Shown here: positions 18,007 to 26,911 of the stretch, piece after piece
Layout of the letters: every line of letters starts with the position of its first letter
How positions within the stretch are numbered: position 1 is the stretch's first letter
NCBI GenBank assembly: GCA_016181765.1
Contig: JACOYR010000006.1
Span: forward strand, 31,664-95,663
Direction: 5' to 3'
Source of the DNA: Parcubacteria group bacterium
GTDB taxonomy: Bacteria; Patescibacteriota; Patescibacteriia; UBA2169
Length of the DNA stretch: 64,000 bases
Program-made: the position numbers and the translations under genes
Notes under the pieces: model-generated
What the model saw: only the letters and a program-made list of their open reading frames with translations
What the model was told of the DNA's origin: nothing
The model's database searches: none

Positions 18007-18723
18007 TCAGGGATTGATCTTGAGCGCGGGCGCGTTGGCCTGCCCTACGAGGCCCTCTTCGCCCGGGCGCACGAACGGCTCAGCGTAGTACCGCTCTGAT
18101 CTCCACAAGCGGCAGCGCAGGGAAAGAATCTGGAGCGTCTCAATTTGCACCTCCCACTCAATGGGCAGTGCGCGCGCTTGTAGCGTCTCGGGCGTGTCGC
18201 CGTCGTGGATGGGAACCATGCCGCACCTGATGACCTCGCCCCGGTCAAACTTCTCGTGCACGCGCTGGGATATCACCAGGGTGTGGTTAACCATCCTGCC
18301 CCCGCGCTCCGCGAGCAGCCGCCTGAACTCAAGGACTGCCGCGTGCGGCCGCTTGCCGTACATGCCCTTGCCGCCGAACCAGTGCGGAGCCGGGTGCTGG
18401 TTGTTGCCCGAATACAGGCGTACCACATCCGGCGGAGTCAATTGGAGCCAGCCGTACTGGCCATACCACGCAATGTCGCGCGCGTGGAAGGACTCGATGA
18501 TGGCCTCGCCGTACGCCCTGTGGCTCGGGTAGTCCTTGCGCCGGAGCATCACGATGTCCTGCGCCGCCATACCTAGTTCGCGCGCTTTGTCGCACGCTCC
18601 ACAAGGCCGGTCCACCAACAGCAGACGGGGCTCAATGTTGACAATCCTGCCGCTCGCGATCGCCTGCATGATAGCCTGAAACGTGGTTCCGCCGCCGGAA
18701 GCGCAAAACGCCATGGGTATCAT
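18007..18723 (-). CDS. purN: phosphoribosylglycinamide formyltransferase
   Basis: AFCASGGGTTFQAIMQAI N-terminal formyltransferase pattern; 24 nt upstream of purD. Confidence 0.75.
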   Translation of the reverse strand: MIPMAFCASGGGTTFQAIMQAIASGRIVNIEPRLLLVDRPCGACDKARELGMAAQDIVMLRRKDYPSHRAYGEAIIESFHARDIAWYGQYGWLQLTPPDVVRLYSGNNQHPAPHWFGGKGMYGKRPHAAVLEFRRLLAERGGRMVNHTLVISQRVHEKFDRGEVIRCGMVPIHDGDTPETLQARALPIEWEVQIETLQILSLRCRLWRSERYYAEPFVRPGEEGLVGQANAPALKINP

Positions 18724-18847
18724 CTGGGATTTCTCCCGCGTAAAAAGTGAATGAACTTTCCATGCCTATCGGACAATTACCATACCATATTTTTAAATTT
18801 CCGCAACCACAAAAAGCCCGAACGCACGGGTCTGTTATAGTATACGC

Positions 18848-19906
18848 TTACTCCGCGATAATCGGCTCTAACTCCAAGGTGATGCCGAACTTCTGGCGGA
18901 CCGCAGTGCGGATAACCCCGGCAAACTCCAGAAGCTCTTCTGTAGTGCCGTTGCGATTCACCAAAGCCAGGGTGTGGTTTTCGGAAATCCCGACCGCTCC
19001 GTGCGCATGCCCCCTCTGGAAGCCCGCATGCTCTATGAGCCAGGCAGCCGGAACCTTGATGCGGTGCTCGCTGGTTTCAAAAAACGGGATTTCTTCGGCA
19101 ACCTGCTTGCGGCTTGCGTGCCACCGCGCCGAGAGCGCGGCAAATTCTTTCTGCGAGAGTACAGGATTGGTGAAGAACGACCCGCAGGAACGCGAGTTCG
19201 GGTCGCGCGAATCCAGCACCATTGATTTTGACTTGCGCAGCGCCAACACCGCTTTGCGGATCTGTTTCAGGCTGACATCCAATGTGCCAAACAGGCCCGT
19301 GAGCTTGTCTGAAAGCTGGGCGTAGTGGACAACCGGCTTTGCCCCATTGAATAGGCGGTACGTGACTTCGGTGATGATGTACCTGTCCTTGCTGTACCCC
19401 TTGAACCGGCTCATCCGGTACCCGAACTCGCACTGCCCGTTGGTGAAGCTCGCCTCTTTGAGCGTCCTGCGGTCCAAGGCTTTGACGTGGAAAATGACGT
19501 CAGAAACTTCCTGGCCGTACGCACCCACGTTCTGGATGGGAGTTCCGCCTACCGAACCCGGAATGCCGGAAAGTGCCTCAATGCCCACAAGATTTTTGGC
19601 AATTGCCTTCTTCACGACATCATCCCAGATCTCGCCCGCTGCCGCGGCAACAAACGTGTACCCGTCACTGGCTTTGAATTTGACGCCTTTCAAATCAACT
19701 TTGACGACCAGGCCGTTAAACCCCTCGTCCTTGAAGACGGTGTTGCTGCCGCCGGAGAGGATCCACACCGGCATATTCTTCTTGTCCGCATACTGCAAAG
19801 CCTTCTTTAGTTCATCAATCGTTTCAACCGCAACAAATTCCTCGGCAATTCCGCCGAGTTTTATAGTGGTTAAATCAGCTAGCTTGATGTTCTTCTTTGG
19901 CTTCAT
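18848..19906 (-). CDS. murB: UDP-N-acetylenolpyruvoylglucosamine reductase
   Basis: LTTIKLGGIAEEFVAV...PVWILSGGSNTVF FAD-binding pattern; start placed at MKPKK to avoid overlapping tRNA-Ser. Confidence 0.85.
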   Translation of the reverse strand: MKPKKNIKLADLTTIKLGGIAEEFVAVETIDELKKALQYADKKNMPVWILSGGSNTVFKDEGFNGLVVKVDLKGVKFKASDGYTFVAAAAGEIWDDVVKKAIAKNLVGIEALSGIPGSVGGTPIQNVGAYGQEVSDVIFHVKALDRRTLKEASFTNGQCEFGYRMSRFKGYSKDRYIITEVTYRLFNGAKPVVHYAQLSDKLTGLFGTLDVSLKQIRKAVLALRKSKSMVLDSRDPNSRSCGSFFTNPVLSQKEFAALSARWHASRKQVAEEIPFFETSEHRIKVPAAWLIEHAGFQRGHAHGAVGISENHTLALVNRNGTTEELLEFAGVIRTAVRQKFGITLELEPIIAE

Positions 19907-19914
19907 GGATGTAG

Positions 19915-20004
19915 TGGCGGAGAGGGTGGGATTTGAACCCACGAGGACTTTGCAGCCCTACCGCTTTTCGAGAGCGGCGCTTTCAACCACTCAGCCACCT
20001 CTCC
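19915..20004 (-). tRNA. tRNA-Ser (anticodon CGA), class II with long variable arm
   Basis: Reverse complement ggagaggtggctgagtggttgaaagcg-ccgct-ctcgaaa-agcgg-tagggctgcaaagtcctc-gtggg-ttcaaat-cccac-cctctcc-g-cca. Confidence 0.85.
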
Positions 20005-20122
20005 TCGTCACAGTCGGACTCTAGCTTCCGTGTCCGAGTGAAACTCGGCCACTTCAGCTGTCGTCCGCCTTTTCCTCACAGTTTTGCGCTTAACCGACCT
20101 GCGGTCGGCCCAAGCGCAAAAC
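20005..20122 (-). ncRNA. candidate structured RNA element (copy D) immediately 5' of tRNA-Ser on minus strand
   Basis: Reverse complement reads ttttgcgc-ttgggccgaccgcaggtcggttaa-gcgcaaaa-ctgtgaggaaaaggcggacga...gctagagtccgactgtgacga then tRNA; same architecture as copies A-C. Confidence 0.45.
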
Positions 20123-20200
20123 TGAAAAAGACTACTGCAAGAATACTTAAAAAACCAAAAAAAAGCAACCCAAAACATGGACAAAAGAGCCGGATTATCA

Positions 20201-20206
20201 TATACT
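20201..20206 (+). promoter_or_regulatory. TATACT box 6 nt upstream of galU ATG (leaderless-type)
   Basis: catatactgcacttATG. Confidence 0.35.
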
Positions 20207-20212
20207 GCACTT

Positions 20213-21094
20213 ATGAAAAAACAGCAGACCATACGGAAAGCGATTATCCCGGTGGCAGGGTTTGGCACGCGATTTTTGCCCGCAACCAAGGCCCAGCCAA
20301 AGGAAATGCTCACATTGGTTGATAAGCCGGTCATCCAATACATTGTTGAGGAAGCGGTTGCCTCGGGCATCACGGACATCATCCTCGTCACCGGCCAGAA
20401 CAAACGCGCCATTGAGGACCACTTTGACCGCAACTTTGAACTGGAGTACCGCTTAAAGCAGAAAGGGAAGTTTGAAGCCCTGGATGAGCTGGAGGCAATC
20501 ACCAACCTCGCGAACTTCTACTACGTGCGCCAAAAGACCCCGCTCGGAGACGGGCACGCCGTTCTGCAGGCAAAAGACCTGGTTGCCCCGGATGAGCCGG
20601 TTGCCGTGCTCTTCGGAGACGACATCGTGGTGGGAAAAACTCCTGCCTTAAAACAACTCATTGATGTATACGAAAGATACCAAGACGTGGTCCTGGCCGT
20701 TGACCGCGTGCCAAAGAGCGAGGTGGAAAGCTATGGCATTATTGATGTTGCGTCAAGCAACGGAAAAACGCATGAGATACAAGGCTTTGTGGAAAAACCG
20801 AGCCCCAAAAACGCCCCCTCCAACCTCGCGTGGATCGGAAAGTGCATCATCACGCACGAAATCTTTGGCATCCTCTCCAACATGAAGCGCGGCAAGAGCG
20901 GGGAAATCAGGCTTGCGGACGCGTTCGCTCTCCTGCTCAAAAAACGCACGCTCTACGCCTGCGAACTGGAAGGCCAACGTTTTGACTGCGGCTCTAAACT
21001 CGGATTCCTCAAAGCAACGGTCGCGTTCGGCCTCGCGCACCCGGAGCTCAAGCGTGACTTCGCAAAATACCTAAAAAGTATTAGAATAAAGTAG
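20213..21094 (+). CDS. galU: UTP--glucose-1-phosphate uridylyltransferase
   Basis: AIIPVAGFGTRFLPATKAQPKEML...VDKP nucleotidyltransferase signature. Confidence 0.85.
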   Translation: MKKQQTIRKAIIPVAGFGTRFLPATKAQPKEMLTLVDKPVIQYIVEEAVASGITDIILVTGQNKRAIEDHFDRNFELEYRLKQKGKFEALDELEAITNLANFYYVRQKTPLGDGHAVLQAKDLVAPDEPVAVLFGDDIVVGKTPALKQLIDVYERYQDVVLAVDRVPKSEVESYGIIDVASSNGKTHEIQGFVEKPSPKNAPSNLAWIGKCIITHEIFGILSNMKRGKSGEIRLADAFALLLKKRTLYACELEGQRFDCGSKLGFLKATVAFGLAHPELKRDFAKYLKSIRIK

Positions 21095-21097
21095 AGC

Positions 21098-22456
21098 ATG
21101 GCAAAAATAAAAACAACCAAACTCCTCGCCTTTCTCCTGGTGCTCCCGCTCTTGGGCCTCGGGTGCAAAGGGTCGGGAACCGTATCCAAAGACGCGCTTG
21201 CGCCCGTAACGTTAAAGTACTGGCGCGTGTTTGATGAACCGAGCGACTTTACGGACGTGATCGCCGCGTTCAAACAGACCTACCCCCACATCAACGTAAG
21301 CGTGCGCAAACTGCGGATTGAGGAGTACGAAGATGCCATCATCCGCGCCCTGGCAGAGGGCAACGGGCCGGACATCATCTCTGTGCACGCGGCCCAGCTC
21401 AAGCAGTACCAGAATCTGCTCTCCCCTATGCCGCAAAGCGCCACCCTGCCCGCAACCATCATTGAGAACAACAACAAGAGGTCTGTAATGCTCCAAACCG
21501 TCAAACTGCCGAGCAGCCAAGACCTGCGGACCGCATTCATTGATACCGTCGCAACCGACGTCATGTTGGGCGGGCAAATCTACGGCCTGCCGCTCTCGGT
21601 TGACACTATGGTGCTCTACTACAACCGCCAGCTCTTAAACCAGGCAAACGTCCCCGCAGCTCCCCGCACATGGGAGGAGTTTAAGGAAGCGGTCAAGGTT
21701 CTCACCACCCAGGACCAGAACGGCAACATCATCCAGTCAGGCGCAGCCCTGGGAGGGGCGCGCAACATCAACCGCAGCCCGGACATCCTCGCGGCGCTTA
21801 TGATGCAGAACGGCACGGAGATGACCCGGTCGGGCCGCGTCGCCTTTAACGAAGTTCCGGCGAGCCTCTCAAGTTCGTCCGTGGCGCCCGGGCGGGACGC
21901 GCTGCGCTTTTACACGGACTTCGCGTCCCCAGCCAAGGAAGTGTACGCCTGGAACGAGAACCTGCCCGAGTCTTTGGACGCATTCGCAAACAGCCAGCTC
22001 GCGCTCTTCTTTGGGTATGCCTACCACTTGCCGCTCATCCGTTCCCTGGCTCCGGGCATTGACCTTGGCATCACCAAACTCCCCCAGATAGCAGCCGCCG
22101 GCCGCCAGGTGAACATTGCCAATTACTGGTTTGAGGGCGTCACCAAGCAGTCCGAACATAAGGACGAGGCATGGGGCTTTATCCAGTTCGCCGCATCAGA
22201 ACAAGGCGCGGCTCTGTTCCTCGCAAAATCCGGCAAGCCGACCGCCCTGCGCAGCCTCATTGCCAGCCAGCGGGCCAATCCGGAACTGGCCCCGTTTGCG
22301 GACCAGCTCTTAACGGCCCAAAACTGGTACCACGGCGGAAACGCCGCTGCCATGGAAGAAGCGCTCCGCACCGCCATTAGCCAGGTGGTCGCGGGGAGCC
22401 TGGAGCCTGACGCCGCCATTGACCAGGCCGCCCAAAATGTCGGCTTAACGTACTGA
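21098..22456 (+). CDS. extracellular solute-binding lipoprotein (ABC transporter SBP family 1, sugar-type); no permease or ATPase nearby
   Basis: Lipobox LLGLGC; 452 aa; stop overlaps start region of next gene. Confidence 0.7.
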   Translation: MAKIKTTKLLAFLLVLPLLGLGCKGSGTVSKDALAPVTLKYWRVFDEPSDFTDVIAAFKQTYPHINVSVRKLRIEEYEDAIIRALAEGNGPDIISVHAAQLKQYQNLLSPMPQSATLPATIIENNNKRSVMLQTVKLPSSQDLRTAFIDTVATDVMLGGQIYGLPLSVDTMVLYYNRQLLNQANVPAAPRTWEEFKEAVKVLTTQDQNGNIIQSGAALGGARNINRSPDILAALMMQNGTEMTRSGRVAFNEVPASLSSSSVAPGRDALRFYTDFASPAKEVYAWNENLPESLDAFANSQLALFFGYAYHLPLIRSLAPGIDLGITKLPQIAAAGRQVNIANYWFEGVTKQSEHKDEAWGFIQFAASEQGAALFLAKSGKPTALRSLIASQRANPELAPFADQLLTAQNWYHGGNAAAMEEALRTAISQVVAGSLEPDAAIDQAAQNVGLTY

Positions 22457-22457
22457 C

Positions 22458-23720
22458 ATGCCGTACCTCCTGCCCATCGTAGCGCTGCTCGCACTGCTGG
22501 TTCCCGAACCCGCAGCAGCAGACTCCCTGCTCCGAATCTGCACCGCAACCGGCAACTGCGGGGTGTGCGATGTGGTGGCAACCGCAGTCACGCTCGGCAA
22601 GTGGCTCATTACCGGATCAGCCGGACTAGCCTTGGTGGTGATTGTGTGGGCATCAGTCGGGCTCGCAACGAGCGCCGGAAACCCGGAAAAAATAGGGGAA
22701 GCCAAAAAACAGGTCGTGTGGTCCGTGCTCGGAGTGGGATTGGTGTTCGCGGCGTTCTATTTGGTGATGTGGATTGTCATTGCGTTCGCAAACCCCTCCA
22801 ACCAGTTCAAGTACGCAAAAAATCCGTCCGATGCCGCGGTTGCCGAAACCGGAGGCTTGGCCGGTTTTCTGGGCGGGACCGCATGGTGGAACCTGTGCAG
22901 CGAGGCTGATTTGCGCGCAAACGGCGACCGAGCAAGGTCCGCGGACAATATAACCGCGGACTGCAAGTACTGGGGAGACGGCACGCCCTGCAAGACAAAC
23001 CGCAAGAGCATCTGCTTGAGCGGAACGTGCACGCCAGTCGGAGACAGCAAAGTTCAGGCGAGCATAACCGCGCTCGGCGGATACCCCCTTCCAACAGACC
23101 CGTCCGCGTGCGACTATGTGGCCGCGGTTGACCGCGTGTTTGAAAACTACTCGTGCCAGCCGAATGCCGCATGCAATCCGGAAAAAATAGAAAAGGGGTT
23201 CTGCCCTCCCGGAGGCACAGTGTGCTGCGAGCCGTCCACCTTCACCCCGCGGGTGCGGCCAACCGCGGCCCCAGAGGTTTTGGTTCCAACGGCGCCCGGA
23301 GTACCCGGAGCTGGAGGTGATGAAATGGCAATCCGCACGACACTCGGAAATGCGGGCATAGAAGTCAATAAAGCCCCTTGTCCGGACATCCTTACCTCAA
23401 CCGACTGCACGTCAGTCGCCGGACTGTCGCAGAGCACGGTTAATAAACTGATTGAAGCCCACACCACATACAACGGGCGCATCTACATTACCGGAGGGAC
23501 CGAGCGAGGCCCCCATGCCCAAAACACCACGCACGGCAATCAGAACGTGGTTGATATCCGCAACAAGCAAGAGGCGCGAGATGCCCTGGATCAGATGGGG
23601 CTCGTGCGCATGACCTCGTTTTCAAACGGCTATGCGAGGGGCTCCAACTGGTACATCTGCGACACCAACGGCCAGGCTGTAAGCTGTGGTACTGCAAGCC
23701 ACTTACACGTAGAATTTTAA
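22458..23720 (+). CDS. pilin-like (TrbC/VirB2-type) N-terminal domain fused to Cys-rich linker and C-terminal M15/VanY-like zinc peptidase-like domain
   Basis: N-terminus ...VTLGKWLITGSAGLALVVIVWASVGLATSAGNPEKIGEAKKQVVWSVLGVGLVFAAFYLV resembles the downstream pilin paralogs; C-terminus has ...ITGGTERGPHAQNTTHGNQNVVDI and terminal ASHLHVEF (SxHxxGxAxD-like and HxH motifs). Confidence 0.5.
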   Translation: MPYLLPIVALLALLVPEPAAADSLLRICTATGNCGVCDVVATAVTLGKWLITGSAGLALVVIVWASVGLATSAGNPEKIGEAKKQVVWSVLGVGLVFAAFYLVMWIVIAFANPSNQFKYAKNPSDAAVAETGGLAGFLGGTAWWNLCSEADLRANGDRARSADNITADCKYWGDGTPCKTNRKSICLSGTCTPVGDSKVQASITALGGYPLPTDPSACDYVAAVDRVFENYSCQPNAACNPEKIEKGFCPPGGTVCCEPSTFTPRVRPTAAPEVLVPTAPGVPGAGGDEMAIRTTLGNAGIEVNKAPCPDILTSTDCTSVAGLSQSTVNKLIEAHTTYNGRIYITGGTERGPHAQNTTHGNQNVVDIRNKQEARDALDQMGLVRMTSFSNGYARGSNWYICDTNGQAVSCGTASHLHVEF

Positions 23721-23737
23721 CCAACCCTAGAGAGCCT

Positions 23738-24088
23738 ATGATCACAAAACTATTCTTCACCAGCCTCGCTATCCTGCTCCCCGCGGCACAAGCCCTGGCA
23801 CAGAACAGCTACGGCAGTGCCGATCTCAATCCGCTCGGAAGAATTGAGGGCCCGCAGGAGCTCTATGGCCGCTTTTTGCAATTTTTCCTCGGGTTCGTTG
23901 GGGTCGGCGCGCTCGGGTACTTCATCATCGGCGGCATTATACTCTTGATGTCCCAAGGGAACCCTGAAAAGGTAAAAATGGGCAAGGACACGCTGGTCTG
24001 GGCAATCATCGGCATGTTCGTGGCGTTCGCAAGCTACATCATCCTGCGGTTCGTGCTGGAGATCATCATCACCCCGACCGGCGCGTAG
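23738..24088 (+). CDS. pilin-like small membrane protein P1 (TrbC/VirB2-type architecture)
   Basis: Signal peptide, short variable region, then two-TM core ...GGIILLMSQGNPEKVKMGKDTLVWAIIGMFVAFASYII. Confidence 0.6.
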   Translation: MITKLFFTSLAILLPAAQALAQNSYGSADLNPLGRIEGPQELYGRFLQFFLGFVGVGALGYFIIGGIILLMSQGNPEKVKMGKDTLVWAIIGMFVAFASYIILRFVLEIIITPTGA

Positions 24089-24174
24089 TTATCAACAGAG
24101 TGATTTTGCAAAAAATGCCGCAGTGTTGTATAATTCATGCATCATAAACCAATTATTTATTAAACTTTGATACT

Positions 24175-24696
24175 ATGATTACGCGAACAACAAAACTGGC
24201 ATGGAAAATGATTTTGAGCGGGTTGTTTTCCGCAAGCTTCCTGGCGCTCGCGCTTGTTCCGGCTACAACGTCTGCCGCCGTAGGTGACGACTGCACGGAC
24301 ACCAAATCGTGCCCCACCGGGGGAGAAGTGTGCATCCGCAACGCTAATGACGGAACTCCCGGAGATGCAACTGATGCCTTTTCTTTCGTCTGCACCACCC
24401 CGCAGGCCACCCAGTATGGTTTAGGCGAGTTTACTGATGTCGGTCTCGGCCAGACCCAGGACCTCAAGGGCTCTATCGCGAACATCATCAACATCATCCT
24501 CGGATTCCTCGGGATTGTGGCGGTCATCATCATCCTGGCCGGCGGATTCAAGTGGATGACAGCCGGAGGCAACGAGGACAAGGTCGGCGAATCGCGGCAG
24601 ATGATCATCCAGGGCATCATCGGATTGGTGGTGGTGTTTGCGGCCTGGGCAATCGCGAGCTTCGTGGTTTCCAACCTCCAATCAGCAACCACCTAG
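24175..24696 (+). CDS. pilin-like protein P2 with Cys-rich N-terminal ectodomain
   Basis: Conserved core IINIILGFLGIVAVIIILAGGFKWMTAGGNEDKVGESRQMIIQGIIGLVVVFAAWAIASFVV. Confidence 0.65.
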   Translation: MITRTTKLAWKMILSGLFSASFLALALVPATTSAAVGDDCTDTKSCPTGGEVCIRNANDGTPGDATDAFSFVCTTPQATQYGLGEFTDVGLGQTQDLKGSIANIINIILGFLGIVAVIIILAGGFKWMTAGGNEDKVGESRQMIIQGIIGLVVVFAAWAIASFVVSNLQSATT

Positions 24697-24727
24697 CCGC
24701 CTCCCCCCTCTCTCCTGCCTATGCACA

Positions 24728-24763
24728 ACCCCCGCCAAATCAGCGGGGGTTGTTTGTTGCGTC
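24728..24763 (+). terminator. rho-independent terminator after P2
   Basis: caacccccgc-caaatca-gcgggggttg + tttgttg; followed by TGGTATACT box at 24777-24785 before P3. Confidence 0.5.
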
Positions 24764-24814
24764 CAAATCCTGTTTTTGGTATACTATACACACTGTTATT
24801 ATCCACAAAGGTCT

Positions 24815-25528
24815 ATGATGAAAACTATAAGCATTTTGGCGTCTGGGGCCGCATTTTCAATCCTGCTCCTCCTTGCGCCATCGGCAACAAATGCCGCTCC
24901 TGTTGATGAAGATGGGGTCTGTCAGCTTTTTCCGGTTACCGCAGACGAAGCATGCGGGCCGGGTTTGGTATGCGAACAAACGCCGACAAGCGCCGCGGGC
25001 CAAGGAGTGTGTTGTGCGCCGGGGTCAGACAACTGCCGTTTCGGGTTGGGAGAACAATCCACGTTCACAACCCTGGGTTTGGGCAAAAATGATGACCTTA
25101 AGGGGACTCTGGCGACCATTATCAATATAGCGCTCGGGTTCCTTGGCATTATTGCCGTGATTATCGTGATGTTCGGGGGGTTCAAGTGGATGACTGCGGC
25201 TGGAAACGAGGAGCAGGTGGGAGAGGCGCGGAAGCTGATCGTGGGGGGCGTGGTCGGACTGCTGGTGATATTCATGGCATGGGCAATCGCGAGCTTTGTG
25301 GTATTATTACGCCTCGCTATACAACCATATGCACCACACCATGACGCCACGCGCCGTTCAAGCCGCAAAATGCATGCTTGCCACGAGCATGCTGGTTCTG
25401 CTCGCTGTTGCAATCGCGGCACCTTCGTCAACTGGCGCGCAAGTTGCGGATCCCCGGGCTGCGGACCAGCAGTATGGCCTGGGAAGCGCCAGCAGCTTCA
25501 CAAATGTCGGCCTGGGCAAAGAGGATGA
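24815..25528 (+). CDS. pilin-like protein P3; conserved end is at about 25303 but no stop codon follows, so the ORF reads into the next gene in +1 frame
   Basis: Core ...IINIALGFLGIIAVIIVMFGGFKWMTAAGNEEQVGEARKLIVGGVVGLLVIFMAWAIASFVV then non-pilin-like tail; 3' 210 nt nearly identical to P4. Confidence 0.55.
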   Translation: MMKTISILASGAAFSILLLLAPSATNAAPVDEDGVCQLFPVTADEACGPGLVCEQTPTSAAGQGVCCAPGSDNCRFGLGEQSTFTTLGLGKNDDLKGTLATIINIALGFLGIIAVIIVMFGGFKWMTAAGNEEQVGEARKLIVGGVVGLLVIFMAWAIASFVVLLRLAIQPYAPHHDATRRSSRKMHACHEHAGSARCCNRGTFVNWRASCGSPGCGPAVWPGKRQQLHKCRPGQRG

Positions 25529-25757
25529 CCTTAAGGGGACTCTAGCGACCGTCATCAACATAGCGCTCGGGTTCCTTGGCATCATTGCCGTGATTATCGT
25601 GATGTTCGGAGGGTTCAAGTGGATGACTGCGGCAGGCAACGAGGAGCAGGTGGGAGAGGCGCGGAAGCTGATCGTGGGGGGCGTGGTCGGACTGCTGGTG
25701 ATATTCATGGCATGGGCAATCGCGAGCTTTGTGGTAAGCTCCTCGGCTCGGATATGA
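25341..25757 (+). CDS. pilin-like protein P4
   Basis: Signal peptide MTPRAVQAAKCMLATSMLVLLAVAIAAPSSTGA; same core as P3; stop codon TGA lies inside repeat R2. Confidence 0.65.
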   Translation: MTPRAVQAAKCMLATSMLVLLAVAIAAPSSTGAQVADPRAADQQYGLGSASSFTNVGLGKEDDLKGTLATVINIALGFLGIIAVIIVMFGGFKWMTAAGNEEQVGEARKLIVGGVVGLLVIFMAWAIASFVVSSSARI

Positions 25758-25804
25758 AAAAGAATACTTTTTCATATCACTCGCTCTACGTCGCTAATAA
25801 AACA
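25737..25804. repeat. hairpin repeat R2 (copy of R1) between P4 and P5
   Basis: agctcctcggctcgg-gatatgaaaaag-aata-ctttttcatatc-actcgctctacgtcgctaataaaaca; supplies P4 stop and ends 5 nt before P5 ATG. Confidence 0.7.
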
Positions 25805-25809
25805 ATGCT

Positions 25810-26208
25810 ATGCCGATAGTTAAATCGTTTTCCTTAAGAATCAACCTGATCGTCGCGGCGGGCATGCTCGCATTCGCGATTCTCGCGCCGGTTCCGGCGC
25901 TCGCCCAAACCGACCCGTTCGGCGTGGAAGATGCGGCCAGGATCAACGTGGGCGAAGAGCGGGACCTTAAATTTGCCATTGCGAACATCGTGAACGTAGT
26001 ACTCGGATTTTTGGGAATCCTTGCGGTCATCATCATCATGTATGCGGGATTCAAATGGATGACCGCGTCCGGAAACGAAGAGCAGGTGGGCGAAGCCCGA
26101 AAAATGCTCTTGCAGGCGGTCATCGGCTTAATCATCATCATGGGAGCCTGGGTCATTATAAACTTCGTCACCGGAGAATTCGGCAGAGCGGTCCAGCTTG
26201 AAAACTAA
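25810..26208 (+). CDS. pilin-like protein P5
   Basis: Core NIVNVVLGFLGILAVIIIMYAGFKWMTASGNEEQVGEARKMLLQAVIGLIIIMGAWVIINFV. Confidence 0.65.
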   Translation: MPIVKSFSLRINLIVAAGMLAFAILAPVPALAQTDPFGVEDAARINVGEERDLKFAIANIVNVVLGFLGILAVIIIMYAGFKWMTASGNEEQVGEARKMLLQAVIGLIIIMGAWVIINFVTGEFGRAVQLEN

Positions 26209-26236
26209 CCGGCCCCGGGCCGCTTACGCAACACGT

Positions 26237-26905
26237 ATGACCGCACGCCGCACTCTCATCGTAGCACTCCTCGTTTCCGGATTGGCGGGATTCGCGGCAA
26301 GCCCGCACCCGGCATTTGCCCAGCGCAGCGCCGCCGGGGAAAACGCGCTCAATTTTTTGGATGCGACCGCGGAAAAGGGCGGGCTCTCAAGCGGCATCAA
26401 AAACGCGGGATTCAGCAGTGAGGACGCGGTGCTCGGCATTGTGGGCAACATCATCAACGTCATCCTTGGATTCGTGGGAATCATCTTCTTTGTCCAGATG
26501 TTCTACGCGGGCTTCAGGTGGATGTCGTCCGGCGGCAACGAGGAGGTCGTAACCGAAGCCAGGCAGACCATCAAGAGCGCAGTCATCGGCATTGCGGTGG
26601 TGTTTGCCGCGTTCGTGGTTACGAACTTTACCTTGAATCAAATCGCAAGCATCACTGGGCCCACGCGGCCATCCGGGTTGCCCCCTGAAGATGAGAGCTA
26701 TGACCCAAGTTTAGATGCCCCGGGCGGAGACTTAAATTTCGGCGAACTACCTCCGCCGCTTGGGACATGCATCTATCCAAAAAGCGGCGAATGTGATGCC
26801 GGAAACACCGGGTGGACTGACCTGCAAAGTGATGTATCTGAAAATGCTTGCATGACTCTCGCTGCTTCGGCTTGTGGCGACCCTGATTTGCACGACTGGT
26901 ATTAA
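26237..26905 (+). CDS. pilin-like protein P6 with C-terminal Cys-rich tail (alternative start 26198)
   Basis: Signal peptide MTARRTLIVALLVSGLAGFAASPHPAFA; core GFVGIIFFVQMFYAGFRWMSSGGNEEVVTEARQTIKSAVIGIAVVFAAFVV; tail with 5 Cys. Confidence 0.6.
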   Translation: MTARRTLIVALLVSGLAGFAASPHPAFAQRSAAGENALNFLDATAEKGGLSSGIKNAGFSSEDAVLGIVGNIINVILGFVGIIFFVQMFYAGFRWMSSGGNEEVVTEARQTIKSAVIGIAVVFAAFVVTNFTLNQIASITGPTRPSGLPPEDESYDPSLDAPGGDLNFGELPPPLGTCIYPKSGECDAGNTGWTDLQSDVSENACMTLAASACGDPDLHDWY

Positions 26906-26911
26906 TATACT

